Below, piece after piece: positions 48,841 to 62,719 of a stretch of DNA of 64,000 nt. Made by a program: the position numbers and the translations under genes. The notes under the pieces were generated by a model. It searched no databases and was not told the DNA's origin. It was given only the letters and a program-made list of their open reading frames with translations. Numbering within the stretch: position 1 is the first letter of the stretch; each line of letters starts with the position of its first letter. The DNA comes from Heteronotia binoei (Eukaryota): contig NC_083228.1 in NCBI RefSeq assembly GCF_032191835.1, forward strand, positions 29,016,001-29,080,000. The letters are read 5' to 3'.

Positions 48841-50449
48841 TTTCACCTCTCTTATTTATACAACAACCCTGTGAGGCAAGTTTGGCTAAGAGAATATCCC
48901 AGCTATCTTCCAAACCTGAACTGAACTTCCAAAACTGATACTCAGCACCACCCTGCCACACTTGAAGCATTCTTTGCATTATTTCTGCATGGCTTTTATC
49001 TTATAGCTGACACTTACATTTCCCACATCTGTAAACTGCATCCCTTATTCAGGGACAATAAACCTTTAATCAGTTCATTCAGTAGACTAGTCAACTGAAA
49101 TTTTAATTGAATCTATCATTAGGACCCAATTTTAATTGACGAGGACTAATTTTAATTTGTTGACTCATGAATTAATTTTTTAAAAGCTATTTTGGTTTTG
49201 CATTTTATTATAACAGCAGGGATGAAAAATATTAAGAGTTGGCTTTTCCTTTTAACAAAGAGTCACAGCTTTTATTTAATAAATGCTAGCATGTTATCCT
49301 TTTGCTAGAAACAAAAATACACATATTTTGATAGTGGAAGGTTAGTTACCTGTACCAATTAATCAACTCGGTATCAATGGTGTCAACTGAAATTTCTCTG
49401 TTAGACATCCTTGCTTTATTTCTGAATCAGTATTCTAACTCTGATGGACCACAGACATAACTTTAAAGAAAGACAGTCTGCCTTGGTTTAAAAAGCTTTG
49501 AATAACTGAAAATCCATGGTTCCTAAGTAGACCCAAAAAGAGTGATTAATCCCGCTACATTGTTTTCCAAACAGCGCTTCTCCCTATGCTGCAGTTTATT
49601 CCGTCGCTTAATTGGGAGTACTTTATCATTACAGAAAAGAATTGTTCCATTTCAGAACTTAAGCTCATTAATATGATCTTTTTGCTCTATAGAATGATCA
49701 GCAAAGACGACTACCTTGTACTCTCTGGCCCTAATAGGAGTGAGTCACCTTTATTCTGAGTGGCTTTCAAATTCATTTGTACTCAGCAGGAAATTTGACA
49801 TGCTAGAAATTCAGTTTTTATTGCTTGCTAATTTGGGACACGGCAAGTTTTTCTAGGAACTGAGAGAAGTTCCAGGTAGTCATGGTGCTCTAAAGAAAAA
49901 CCCAGGGGAAAAAAATCATGTAATGTAATTCCCAACCACAACAACACAATATAGTGTGGAACTTTACAAGTTCTTCAGAATTCTTCATCAGGCATGATAT
50001 CAGAGTAAAGGAAGGGTGAATTGTTTCAGGCCACGATTTTGAGGCTATTTGTCTGCTCCTGTTCAAGAACAATGAAGGCTCAGGAGGTGCTGGGGTGTGT
50101 GACAGAGCTGTATTAGACACCCTTGTCCTTTGGGGAGAGAGGCAGAAGAATGTCAGCACTCACTGTCAATATAAAAACCAGTGGTTGATCAAGTATCTCT
50201 TTAATGCCAAATAGAACATGCAGTATCCTGAAAAGGCTAACAGCAGAGGAAAATCATGGCAGTCCTTATTGGAGATTAATTTGATGGAGGACATAAAGAA
50301 TCAATGGAAGACAAATTGGGTCACATTCCTGGACAGCAGTCTTTTCCCAAGTCATTTCCCTCCAGCTGATGAACTGCTATGTTTATGGATTAATCCAAGT
50401 ATTTTCAAAGTAAAGTAGCTGAAATGCTTCAACAAAAAGCCCCCATTTA

Positions 50450-51015
50450 GAGACTTAATCTTTGAGCCAGAAGTGATGTTATTATCATTTATTAAGAACA
50501 CAGTTCCACAAGCAGATGAACATATGATGATTTACATCATAACCGCGGCGAGGATAGTGTATGCTAAACACTGGCGTCAAGAGAGTTGCCCGGACTTGAG
50601 TGAAGTTATTGAAAAAGTTTTGGACGCTGCCGAAATGGATGTACTCTCAAACATGTTAAAAGGAGAGTCCAAAGATGAAGCTATTAGAAACTGGGGAAAG
50701 TTTTATGAATGGTATCAGAAGAAAGAAGGTATCAATATTGACAACATTTAAAAATGATTTGCTGCAGCAATGATTTTGCTGTTGTTCTTATTTTCATAGA
50801 ATAGATACATACTTATGTAATGATTTATAATCAAATACTTTTTGCATTTAAGTTAAGACAGAAGCCTCAGACATCCTCCTCAGGGAAGTTTAGTCAACTT
50901 TACTTATGTAAATACTATGTACATACTAATGTTGATAATAAGTTGATGAAGTTGGTCTACCAATGTTGTTGTCAACGGTACAAATAAAATAAAAAACTAT
51001 TAAAAAACAAAACAA
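50450..51015 (+). mobile_element. 5'-truncated L1/Tx1-type LINE with TSD
   Basis: ORF 50473-50751 (ITAARIVYAKHW...KVLDAAEMD...WGKFYEW) is homologous to 61020-61490. AATAAA plus A-rich tail. Exact 19-bp TSD AACAAAAAGCCCCCATTTA (50431-50449 / 51016-51034). Confidence 0.92.
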
Positions 51016-51821
51016 AACAAAAAGCCCCCATTTACAAATAATTATCGCTATTGGGAAGCCATGATGCATTTGTTTCTGTAACAGTCTACAAATGAAAAAG
51101 GTGTGACCGAAACCAGTATTGTGGACTTATTTATTGAGGATATATTTCTTGTTGCTTTGATGGACCCTGGATTCAAGTCAAGGAGCGACGGACATTGAAT
51201 ATTTCTACTACAGACTTTTCATGTATTGACATTGTGGAAATTTTAGAAATTCTGCTTTGGTGTGGTACTGTGTCTTTAAGATTACATGTAATTGTGCTAC
51301 TCAGTTTCCACTGTTTTTTGCCTCTGAGATAGGCCATATACATACCATACAGCAGGCATTCTTTTCCCAAAAGAGCTATTAGGGAATCCAATAAAAGCTT
51401 TTACAAGAGTGCAGCATACATGACAGATGGTTCGAATGGGAGATAGCAATATTTTGGAAATATATGAAGAAGCCAAGATGGCTTCAGCCATTAGGAAAAG
51501 GGAAAACTCTACTAAGGGACATTCAGGGAAGGCTTCCCGTACTGCTGGTTGCTTGTTAATGCACAAAACCCCAGAAGAGGGAAGCTGTATCTACCCTCTA
51601 CCACCCCAATGTACCAGGTATCATATTTGGATTCTGGCATCTCTTTAGCCTAGTAGAGATTTGCACAGGAAATAACACAGTTCCAATATGGTTTGTGCGC
51701 ACTGCATCAGGCACCTACCTCCACCCCTCCCGAGTCTATACACATTCTCAAAGGATCACAGGTCTATGCTTATAGGAACAGTTTCAATCAGTCAACTGCA
51801 TTTAGCTGCTGGTGTTCTTGG

Positions 51822-52490
51822 TAGGGTTGCCAAGTCCAATTCAAGAAATATCTGGGGACTTTGGGGGTGGAGCCAGGAGACATTGGGGCGGAGCCAGGAA
51901 CAAGGGTGTGACAAACATAATTGAACTCCAAGGGAGTTCAGGCCATCACATTTAAAGGAACAGCACACCTTTTTAAATGTCTTCCTTCCATAGGAAATAA
52001 TGAAGCATAGGGGCACCTTCTTTTGGGGCTCATAGAATTGGACCCCCTAGTCCAATCACTTTGAAAATTGGGGGGTACTTTGGGGAGAGGCACTAGATAC
52101 TATACAGAAAATTTGGTGCCTCTACCTCAAAAAACAGCTCCCCCAGAGCCCCCAAAACCTCCAGATCAATTCCCCATTATACCCTGAAAATTGATCTCCA
52201 CATAGGGAATAATGAAGTGCTCAGCAGACGTTTCCCTCCCTCCCCCCCCCATTTCTGGTGACTCTGAAGCGAGGGATTGGCCTCTCTACTCACGAGTCGC
52301 TGCCAACTTCTTCAAAGTAACACAGACACACCATCCCAAGAGGAAGCCTTTCAATCGGAGACTGAAGCCTCGGGAGGTGGAAAGGCACATGGTCCTCTGG
52401 GGGCGGGGCTTCCCCACGCCGGCCAGCTGACTGGGTGTGGGAAGAAGCCTGGGAAAGCGGAAGAACCCCCGCTGGGACCCAGAAGCCTTG
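51822..52490. mobile_element. Non-autonomous hAT-type element (long variant of the 27730 family)
   Basis: First ~330 bp are near-identical to 27730-28070. Right end eroded and no clear TSD. Confidence 0.85.
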
Positions 52491-55284
52491 AGCAAGAGCA
52501 AGGATTCTATCCAGCATGATCAGAACTAGCCAGGCTGACTGTGCATGGAATTCAGCAGAATTGGCTGCTTACAAATAAATAAAGAAATAAGGGCAGACTG
52601 AAGGGTACAGAGGAAATGTGAGGACAGCCGCTGCAACCTCCTTTCTCCACCACTTTCCAAATTTGTAAAGGGAGCCAGGTTAGTGACAGGATGATAATTG
52701 GCGACAATTCCAAACCGAAGAGATATTTCCCTTTGTGCACGCAGGAGACGGCACAGGCTGAATTCATAGGATGTTCTTTCCCCTGGCCTTTTCTCTCCTG
52801 TCTCTTTAGAGCTCATCCTGTTTTGCTATTGACACAAGCCTATTAATTAGATTTGAGAGACTAAAAAGAAAGCATTTAAGTTACTGGGCTATAATGCCAC
52901 ACTGGCGCTCTGCTGTCATCATAAATCATGACTACAAAGATGTCACCAGGCATTCTTGATGGAGAGGCATGAAATTCCCAGGGCAGATAAAGCCGTTTTT
53001 CATGAAAATGATTAAACCAGAATCATTCCCCTTGTTCCAGAAAGAATCCATTGGAGGGAAGGGTTTTTTTTAAAACCAAAGTTGCATTCCAAATAAAGTT
53101 CAGGCAATGCAGATTTTCAAATAAACAAGCAAACATGTGGAGCAGATGATCCAGAGGGCATAGCTAAATGTCACTGAAGAGCATTAGGCCTAATGCTTGC
53201 ATGGATACATCACCTGGCCCCTTTTCCGTTCACTGTCTGGCTCTTTGCAACTAGTGGATTCTGTTTCTAAAATTAACCACAGATTAAAAAGGCGGCCTAG
53301 GCCAGCCCTGTGCTGTGAAGCAGAACTATTCATCTGTCAGTTTCCAACAGATCCACCATTTTATCTAGGTCAGAATTGTGTTGCAAGCAGAAAACTGGAG
53401 ATAACTGGAGATGACTCTAATGAGTGAGCCAAGCCACAGGTTGCAAGGCAAGGCAGAAACCCTCTAAGATAACTGTCATTCTGAGTGGGATAAGGAAGTC
53501 CTTCTGAATTTCAGTGGCACTGATCAGGAAACACCACTTCAAGCACTGCTTCTTAAATGAAAATTGTCTCATGGGACTTTTTCAAAACTGAATGTGTGTG
53601 GTAGAGAATGATGATTGCCTCAAAGCCTTTTTAGGCGTATCCAACTGGTAGCATGCCACTACCCATATTCCTCCCAATACATGCACCTTGGTTGCCAGTT
53701 CATCTGAAAAGTCAGCTCACATATCAGTGCATAAAGATGTCATGTATCATGTACTGAAGCCAAAAATATACAATGTCTGTTTCAGATGAAATGACAATTC
53801 CTGAGTATTGCAGGTAATTCACACTCTAGGTAACCATGGTTGCTAGGCCTCCAGTATTAGCAAATATAACATTTGCAAGGGTTTACTTCTGTGTCAAAAC
53901 CTTCCTGTGTATGGAAAGAACACTGCACTGTTACCCTAAGTGGTTGTGAGGGGGGAATTTGCAAGAGACCTAGACAGTGTGAGAAGGGGCAACAAGCAGG
54001 ATTGCCACCTGTGTCTATGAGGATTTTTCCCTTATTAGAACTCTCAAAGGAACCAAGGCTTTTTATTAAAGAATTTTAAAGAAATAAAATAAAACCTATT
54101 AAATGAAGATCACGCCAAACACACATACAAGTTCAGAAAAAAACCAGGAGTAGCTTATAGAGACAAGAACAGAGTTTACATGGGACTATATTTACCTATT
54201 CCAGAACAGAGATTTGAGGAGAAAAGTGACCAGAACGAACCAGTGTTCGACTCAGAGAAGAATTACCTAACTTCATGTTGGGAGTGTAAATTAGTGGATG
54301 TCCAGATACTGCACATATACATACAAACATAGAGACAGACCGACCGACACAGTCACTCATTTTACAGTCTCAGCCTCTCAACAAGAGCCAGGGTGTGTAT
54401 GAGTATACCCTTTGAGCTATGACATGATTGTTCCTAGAACAATGCTGAGATGGTGTGACTGAAACAATGTTTCCGAGCCAGGAAGCTGCATCGCTTTCCC
54501 ATGGGTTGCAAATGCAATGTAACATTCATGTGAAATGTCTATTGTATTTAGTGACCTCTAATAGACAGGACAAGAAAACCATTACAAAGGGATTAAAATG
54601 GCTTTTCTTATGTACTTAGGGTAACCAGGTGAGGAAAGGCTAGGTGGCGTAGGGAGTTGATTAGTCTTCTGTCCTTTTCTGGACATTAATCTTTGACAAT
54701 GATGGATTTAAAGAGGGAAGGGAACTGCCCAGAACCAGACCTTTGCACCTTCAGGATCAGTTTTCCCAGACAAGCCTCTGGCCAATATTAGATAGCACAC
54801 ATTCCATGTGACTGTTGGACCTATTTTGATCTTATCTGTAGACCAGGGGAAAGTCTAGAGTGAGTGACCTTGTGAGACGTAGAAAGAAGATTGTCTGTCA
54901 TCACCTTGTCCAGGCCACCAGGCTAGTCCTTTGAGTGAGGCATAACAACAGAGAAAGTTTCTTTTTCCATCTGTGTAGGACTCTTCCACATTCACCCATG
55001 AAAGGACTGTACCATGTATATAGCTACCCCACTCTGAATGCAGGCGAAAATGTCAAATTTTAAGTGTTGTGGAAATTGTTTAGCACACATTCATTCCTCT
55101 CTGAAGGACTTATACTTATGCATGTTACACTGAAGTCACATTTGGGGCAGTGAGATGATGTCCACTGGCCCTGCCTTGCTGAAGAGACTCTTTCAGCAAT
55201 TTTGAACTTATCCATAGGAGGCAGAGGCGTGGCCTGTAGGTATGATTCCCCCTCCCCCCCTTGGGTGAGCAGGTGAAAAAGAAT

Positions 55285-55680
55285 GCAAGAAGAAGAAGAA
55301 TTGCAAATTTATACCCCACCCTTCTCTTGGAATCAGAGACTCAGAGCATCTTACAATCTCCTATGTCTGTTTTAAAATGTTTTAATTGTATTTTATTGTT
55401 TTATTATGTGTTGTACTCCGCCCTGAGCTGTATGAGGAATGGGCGGAATAGAAATTTACTAAAATAAATAAATATATCTTCTCCCCCCACAACAGACAAC
55501 CTGTGAGGTGGGTGGGGTTGCGAGGGCTCTCACAGCAGCTGCCCTTTCAAGGACAACCTCTGTCAGAGCTATGGCTGACCAAAGGCCATGCTAGCAGGTG
55601 CAAGTGGAGGAGTGGGGAATCAAACCCAGTTCTCCCAGATAAGAGTCCATGCACTTAACCACTACACCAAACTGGCTCTC
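55285..55680 (-). mobile_element. tRNA-derived SINE (Squam3-like) interrupted by a plus-strand L2 3'-tail fragment (~55366-55474)
   Basis: Minus-strand head GAGCCAGTTTGGTGTAGTGGTTAAG at ~55680 and (TTC)n tail at ~55290. The insert reads CCGCCCTGAGC...GGGCGGAATAGAAAT..(AAAT)n. Confidence 0.85.
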
Positions 55681-57576
55681 AGGATCTAAACCTGAAATTA
55701 TAATTTAATTCCAACTTCCCCAATGAGATTTTGTGGGGCTAAATACAATGCAGCAGCTAACCTACCCCTAAATACTCACCACCCGCCCTGCCAACAAATA
55801 CATAATAATGTGTAAACACATCTTTCAAGGTTATCCAATACCACTTAAAGAATTAACGAGGATGCTACAAAACATGTATGACCTCTCCTGAAATATTAAT
55901 ATATCGTCATCAATGTTTTATCAGTTTTCTATCATATATCACCCTTGACAGACTTCAATCATTTTAGGCCAGTTCATGAAAAATAGATATGTTTATCCAC
56001 ATACCATTTCTAAGGCTCCTTTTCCCCTTGACTTAATTAATACCAGTTATCTGATCCAAATGCAACATTTTCTATGATTGCTAATCCAACAGGTCACTAT
56101 ACAAGTAAGTAGCTGTGGATTTATAACAAATGAGGTTAGAAAATTAATGAGAAATTGAACAAGTTAAATGCTATATGAAAGGGCTCTGGATAGTGAAGAG
56201 AAGATATGCTTGACAAAAAAGAAGTCTGGGCCCTTCAGTAACCAGCAACTATAAACTCCAGAGGTATTGTCTAAGAGAGGGGAAAGACTGCAGTTCAGTT
56301 TACAAAGTCAACAGGAAAAGAAGTGTTCTTTATCCAAAAGTCTTTTAAAAGGTAAAGTTTCTGTAAGACTTATCTCTAATTGGGGCTTGGGAGACTTTGC
56401 CTCCTTTTAAAAGACAAGGAGCAAAAGTATTTTATACTCTATCAGGTTGTCGCCTTGACACAATTTGATAGTGTGCACCGGAGAAAGAGAGAAGGAAGGG
56501 AAAACAAGCGCCTTTTTATTCTTAATTGAGTCCTATAAACGTCAATCCACTTCCCCAAACTTCTCTGAAATTTTGCTTTCCTCTTGGAGCTCCCTCTGGA
56601 TATAGATGAAAATTGACTTCTTGTCACAAGTGAAGTAATTAGTTCCTTCTTATCAATGAACATGCCCCCCCCCCCACCTGTTAAGGAACAGAACTCAAGG
56701 CCAGACTAGTTATGATGGGAAATGCATGGGGAAAAATATTGTCCCTCCCATTGTCTCCAGTTCTCCCCTAAATTCTCCACAAAGGATACATTTGATGGAG
56801 GCTTGAAATGGTCCATCACTGAATAAAGGGTACAGTCAGGAATGTTAGTATACAGTGCTGGAGATCCCAAAAAGTAGCAGGACCATTTCTGACAGCAAAT
56901 GACATACCCTTTTTGCTTGCAAATCAGGCAAAGGATACTTAGTCAGTCAGTACTTGGTCACACAGCAGAGGAGTGGGTTCAAAATAACATCACTTTATTA
57001 GCAAGGAGATGCAAGGCTGGATCAACAGGTTTCAAGACAAAGAAGCTCACACCATCTACCATCCCCACCTTATGATGCAATGATTACATCCTGGTTCTTC
57101 TTAGCAGCATAAATCTGGTCTCCATTTCTAGGAGAACAAAGCATCGTTCAGACGGCAAGTAGGGTGGGAACATACTTTAAAATATTTCCTTGCTTGTTAC
57201 AAAGACTCCCGACAACTAAGCATTTTGGGTTGCCGTTAGGAAATCTAAATTTAAAATACCAAATAGACTGACACATTCAATTTAGCTGTCCAAAAAAGAA
57301 AGATGTTTTCCCTTAGAGGAGTTCACTCTTCCACAGTCAGCCTATTGGGCGGAAACTAGCAGAGAATTTCTGTTATCAGAAGGGGGAAACTTTTGCCAGT
57401 TTCCCTCTCCCCCTGCAGGCTTCTGACTCCTTCCTCATGATGTTCCTCGAGGCCCCTTGTCTCATCAGAAGCGGTATTTTAGGGGCCATTTGGGGCTACA
57501 GCAGAAGGGGGGGGGGAGGTCTTGCTCCACAGATGGAAATACCTTCCAGAAGTAGAGATTTTCTGTGACATCCAAG

Positions 57577-57739
57577 CACGGCTGGCCCTGCCACTAGGCA
57601 AACTAGGCAATCGCCTAGGGTGCCGGACTTCTGGGGTGCCAAATTGGTGCCACCATGTGACTCGGTAACATCAGTGTGGGGGAGGGGGTGCCAGAAGTTA
57701 GCCTTGCCTAGGGTGCCGGACAGTCTAGGGCCAGCCCTG
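57577..57739. mobile_element. hAT-type MITE
   Basis: TIRs CACGGCTGGCCC / GGGCCAGCCCTG. Exact TSD CATCCAAG (57569-57576 / 57740-57747). Confidence 0.92.
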
Positions 57740-58929
57740 CATCCAAGCCTTTTGATGGGTCTTTCTTTGAGAGTGGTTAACATGACTTCCAACCATTAGA
57801 TAATATGTTGGCTTCTACTTATGCTGTAAACTAGTATGCTACACAGAATTAATAATCTCCTTTCTTAACGCAGATGCTGCTGTGTCTTTCTTAATTTTTC
57901 TGCTTGACATGAACTCATGTGTTCTGATTAATGTAAGAGACAGATGTGAATTATGGCAGCCTTATCTGTTTTTGAATGCAGAATAACCATTGCTCACTAC
58001 CCGAGGACTTTTGCTCTGCAGCCACAGGGGTCTAGTTAGAGTAACAGGTGAAGTATATGTGTGAGATTCTGCCAAAACCCTCTTGCTGTTCAGAGAGAAG
58101 TGATGTGGTTGAAGAACCCTTTGTTCATGTTTTGGCTCAATGGGCAAAGGCAATTCCTCTCTCTGCCCCTTCAGCCCTTAATGAATGCAAAACCGGACTT
58201 TATTCAAGATGAACTGTTCATGTGTTGTGTTCGACTGACCTGCAAGAGGAAGGGCAGATTATTGCTTCACAGGTAGGAGGATTCACAGGATTTTGAAACA
58301 ACAAAATAAAACAGAACTTCTGTTAAGTGGGTTGCTCCCCTGCTTCAAGAAGGACCCTCCCAGCAAACACAGCCACAGACAGAAAAAGTGGCCCACGGGC
58401 AAACCAGCTAATGGGATAGCCCCTGTATACCTCTGCCAGTGCAACTGTGTAAATTACATTTGGTTCCATTTTTCTCCACCACCATCCCTGCCTGGGGCTT
58501 CCATAGAACCTAGTCAATTCTCTCCAGTTCTGAGATGCTATATCCACGCTATTATATTCCTGCGGATCTCCTGGGCAGAAAGCAATACACTGTGCTTATT
58601 TAGTAGTGGGTTTTACGTTGGGAGCCTCACCAGCCTCCACTAGGAATTATGCTGAGAAACGAAACTCATTTTCATTTGAAACCATACAAAATTGGAAGCC
58701 CATTCTCCAGAGGCATGGAGGAAATGGGTTAACCCTTAACTAAGCAAATCTAGAGAGCGGCTACTCAGATTTTGCAAGCTTCCTTCCTCTCCCTTTCTGA
58801 GCTTTCCCTGATATGTCCCTGTCAGACATAGTGAGAACTCTTGGCTAGTTAAAATATTTATTTTTTGAACCCCATCATTTCTCTTTAGAGCACACAGCAT
58901 CCCTTTAGCATTACAACTATGCTGTAAGG

Positions 58930-59157
58930 TAGGGTTGCCAAATCTGGGTTGGGAAATTTCTGGAGATTGGGGGGGGGGGTGGAGCCTTGAGAGGGCAGGG
59001 TTTGGGGAGGAGAGGGGAAGGACATCAACAAGGTAGAATGCCATAAAGTCTGCTCTCCAAAGCAGCCATTTTCTTCTGCAGAAATTATCTTTGTTGTCTG
59101 GAGATCAGTTGTAATCCCAGGAAATCTCCAGGCCCCACCTGGAGGTTAGCAACCCTA
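58930..59157. mobile_element. TAGGGTTGCCA-family MITE (further partial copies near 25.4, 30.8, 32.5, 37.4 and 60.8 kb)
   Basis: TIRs TAGGGTTGCCAA / TTAGCAACCCTA. Body GGAGATCAGTTGTAATCCCAGG recurs across the window. No clear TSD. Confidence 0.85.
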
Positions 59158-60840
59158 GGAGAGATGATGATTTGTCTTCTAGCCAGTGTGCTTTATAGGT
59201 ATGGAAGGAACAGAATCTTCCATAGCCAAACTGCCACATCACTCGTCGCTTGTCATGATTAAGAGGGTTTTAAAAAAAACAACTCTCAGTCTTAATTATT
59301 TTTACTACCACTAACTCTAGTTCTCTTCTTAAAGCCTGAAGCAATTTTCCCTTGTGCTATTTTAGCTCAGAATCTAGAAGGTCAGTTTTACAGTGTACCC
59401 ATTTGCGCATAATTGTCATTGGTAAAAAGGATGATCTCATTCTCTGGAAATTTCAGCAAAATCTTAAAGAGTGGTTGTCTTATTTCTCTTTGGACTACAT
59501 ATTAGATCAAATAGCATATGATGAGTGGTTCCTTGAAGGTCAGACTTCATGTTATGTTGGGAAATCTGGGAGAGGACTGCTCCTGTGTATAGTGTAGCCT
59601 TAAATAGCAACCATGAGAGGGACTCCTGATTCAGAATATGGCCTCAATGCTGGGGGAAGGGAGGGGACCACTTCCCCAAATAAAACCACTGCTACTCCAG
59701 CTGCTTTTAGACTTGGTACTAGGTGGGTACCAGGCTAAAACCAACCTGGAGATGAATGATTTGAATTGGGTAGACAACACAGGGAAAACAGATCTAACTA
59801 TCACCAGCGCAGCTGCCCTGATTTATATCCAGCCTCCAAAGGCTGCTTTTCAAGATTAAACTTGCAATCAGGACATCCAACCACAGAGCTTCAACATTAA
59901 TTAAAACCATGGCCCTTGTTCTTCCTCTCAGTGGCATGCTGGGTCCTGGGGAACTGCTAACTGTGACTGCTAATGGTGGCTCACAACCCTCCCCAGAAGA
60001 GAAAGAGGTCAAGTGAAGCCTTTGCCTGCCACCCAGCCTGGCAGCCTTCTGATCAGCAGGAAAATGGATGCAAGGCAGCTGACTCAGTGGCAGCACCCAG
60101 AGAGCAGGACAGGCCCTGGCCAGGGGCGCCATCTTGCTCACAGGCCTGTCCTGATGGAGAAATGGCTACAGGCCACTGGAGGACCTTAATGGGTTGTAAG
60201 AAAGAATGGGGAGCATCAGACTATAAAGGCTAAGTGGGAGGAGACAATGAGGGGGTGTAGCAATCAAAAAGAGGAAGAGGACCAGGGAGGAGGGAAATAG
60301 GAAGAAGCAGGAGTGAAAGTGGAAGCAGTGGATGTAGGAGTACAGCAAAGCAGCCCAGAATGGCTGGGGTAGGAGGATCTGAGCAAAGGAAACTACAAGC
60401 TGGGAGCTTTTGCAGCAAGAGGGGGGAGGCATTGTACAGCACTGCAATGGCATGTCTGGTTGCTCAACCAATTGCTGGATCAAGCAATAGCATGGGTCCA
60501 GAGCCAAGAGAAGAACTAGTTCTCCTACTTCGGGCAGCTGTACTTTGCATTATCAAATAAAAGTACTGTGTGCCTCAGGGAGTCTGGCTCATGGTCCAGG
60601 GCACTTTATCCTCCTCTATTGCCCTCTTCCTTTCCTTCTCCCCAAATGGTAATTTGTGTAGCCCAGTTTCACCCATGTTTAGCTGTTAATGCGTTTGCTC
60701 AAAGGGGGTTATTTCTACATGGGTCTTACATTAGTGTTGCCAGCCTCTAAATGAGGCCTGGAGATCTTCCAAAATTACAACAGATCTCCTGCTACCAGTT
60801 GGAGATCTGTGACTCTACTGATATACCTAATGATTTGTTA

Positions 60841-61704
60841 TTCATAATTATTTTCGTTTATTAGACATGAAAAAAGTGAAAATAAACATCACAAAAAAGA
60901 GACAAGTAAACAAAGCAAACAAATCCAACACAAAAGCTACAGAATACAACAACATAAAAAATACATTGAACAGAAAACCCCATACACCCAAGGAGTGGAA
61001 GGGATCGAGTAAGTTACAATTACTCCACTTCGAAACCTTTACTTTTAACCCAACTGTAAATAGGGCCCCATTCCTCCTGACACTTTTCTACATTACCATC
61101 TTTCAATCTCGTGGACAATAAATCTGATTCGGCAGCATCCAACAATTTAGTAACAAATTCCTCTCTATTAGGTACTTTTTCAGATTTCCAATATTTAGCA
61201 CATAATACTCTAGCTACAGTAACTATATACAACAATAATTTCAGTTTTATTTTAGGAATGTTTTGTCGGCATATGCTAAGGAGATATAGTTCAGGTGTGT
61301 GGTTGATATTAATTTTCAAAATCTTTTGCGACCACGTATTAACTTGTGCCCAAAACTTTTTAGTGCGATCACACTGCCACCAAATATGAATAAGGGATCC
61401 CTTTGTTTCCCGGCACTTCCAACATTTGTTCGAGTATTTGGGATAAATTCTAGCCAATCTGTCTGGAGTGAGGTACCATCTATACACCATTTTATAGAGA
61501 TTCTCTTTAAGGTCTGCAGGTTTTATTAATTTTAAATTCTGTTTCCATAATTTTTTCCCATTCGGTCAAATCAATGTTAAATCCAAAATCTTTTAACCAA
61601 TGAATCCAACATTCTTTAACCGTCTCTCCTTGCATCTTTAGTTGAAGTAGCCAATCATAGGCTTTGGAGATAATTTTCTGTTTGGTCGAAAGTAGCAAAT
61701 CTAA
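60841..61704 (-). mobile_element. 5'-truncated L1/Tx1-type LINE with TSD
   Basis: ORF 61020-61490 carries the ORF2 zinc knuckle KCWKC-x8-H-x4-C (KCWKCRETKGSLIHIWWQC). Exact 20-bp TSD ATATACCTAATGATTTGTTA (60821-60840 / 61705-61724). Confidence 0.95.
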
Positions 61705-61807
61705 ATATACCTAATGATTTGTTAATGGTTCCCTTCCACATGACTACTGCTGCCACGTTGGTCCTTGCAAAGCAATGGAAACAAACAAACAAAACAATTC
61801 TCCTAAA

Positions 61808-62051
61808 TAGGGCTGCCAAGTTCCTGGGCCAAGTGGGGGTTCTCCTGCCCAACCCGCCGGCTCACATCCTCCCCCAATGTCGTTGCCATGATGACATCAC
61901 TTGGAAGTGACGTCACCGTGACATCGTGCACCAGCGACTCTAGGAGCGTCTGGGAAAACTCTATGGTTTTCCTGGACACTCTAGCAATTTGGGAGGAAAA
62001 CTCTACGGCACCATATGAAAATGGGAGGCCGTGGGGGACTTGGAAACCCTA
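61808..62051. mobile_element. hAT-type MITE
   Basis: TIRs TAGGGCTGCCAAG / CTTGGAAACCCTA. TSD CTCCTAAA / CTGCTAAA. Homolog of 34125-34401. Confidence 0.88.
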
Positions 62052-62119
62052 CTGCTAAAATAAAGAACTTACCCTTTTGGAATTAATAGCATACCAGAAA
62101 AGCAGGGACCTATTCTGAT

Positions 62120-62345
62120 GAGATCAAGGTGGATAGCTGTGTTAGTTTGTCTGTAGCATTAGAAAAGATCAAGAGTCCAGCAGCGCCTTAAATACTAACA
62201 AAAGTTGTTAACGGGAAGAGCTTTCATGAATCACTGCTCATTTCAGATTTTCAAGAAGACAGCAGTGATTCACAAAAGCTCATAGCCTGCCACAGATTTT
62301 GTTAGTCATTCAGGTGCCCTTGGACCTTTTCTCTTTTCTATATTT
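62120..62345. mobile_element. Inverted pair of Penelope-like terminal remnants
   Basis: Two opposed copies (GAGTCCAG..GC.CCTTAAA.ACTAAC...AGCTTTC.TGAATCACTGCTCA / CAGCAGTGATTCACAAAAGCTCATA...TTTGTTAGTC) meeting near 62248. Confidence 0.7.
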
Positions 62346-62550
62346 TGATTACACCAACTATGGTCAGGGACTATACAGAGAATAGAACTGGCAATGAAAT
62401 AGACTGAATTAATACCATAATTGCCCTATACTGATAAAGGGTGTCTGTCCATGGCTGTAAAGGTGAAAGGGATAGTTATGCATTTTATATGCCCCTCCCT
62501 TACTGATGTAGCTCTTTAAAGAAAAAAAATGGGCAAGACATGGATCTCTG

Positions 62551-62719
62551 CAGGGGTGGAATCTAGCAGGAGCTCCTTTGCATATCAGGTCACACACCCT
62601 TGATGTAGCCAATCCTCCAAGAGCTTACAAAAAAGAACCTCATAAACTCTTGGAGGATTGGCTACATCAGAGGGTGTGGCCTAATATGCAAAGGAGCTCC
62701 CGCTAGAATTCCACCCCTG
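62551..62719. mobile_element. Palindromic hAT-type MITE
   Basis: TIRs CAGGGGTGGAAT / ATTCCACCCCTG. TSD GATCTCTG / GATCTTTG. Confidence 0.92.

Noticed and set aside
59900-60620. Possible second LTR (TATA-like CTATAAAG ~60221, AATAAA ~60556)
   Set aside because: No TG...CA termini with a matching TSD could be defined by eye.
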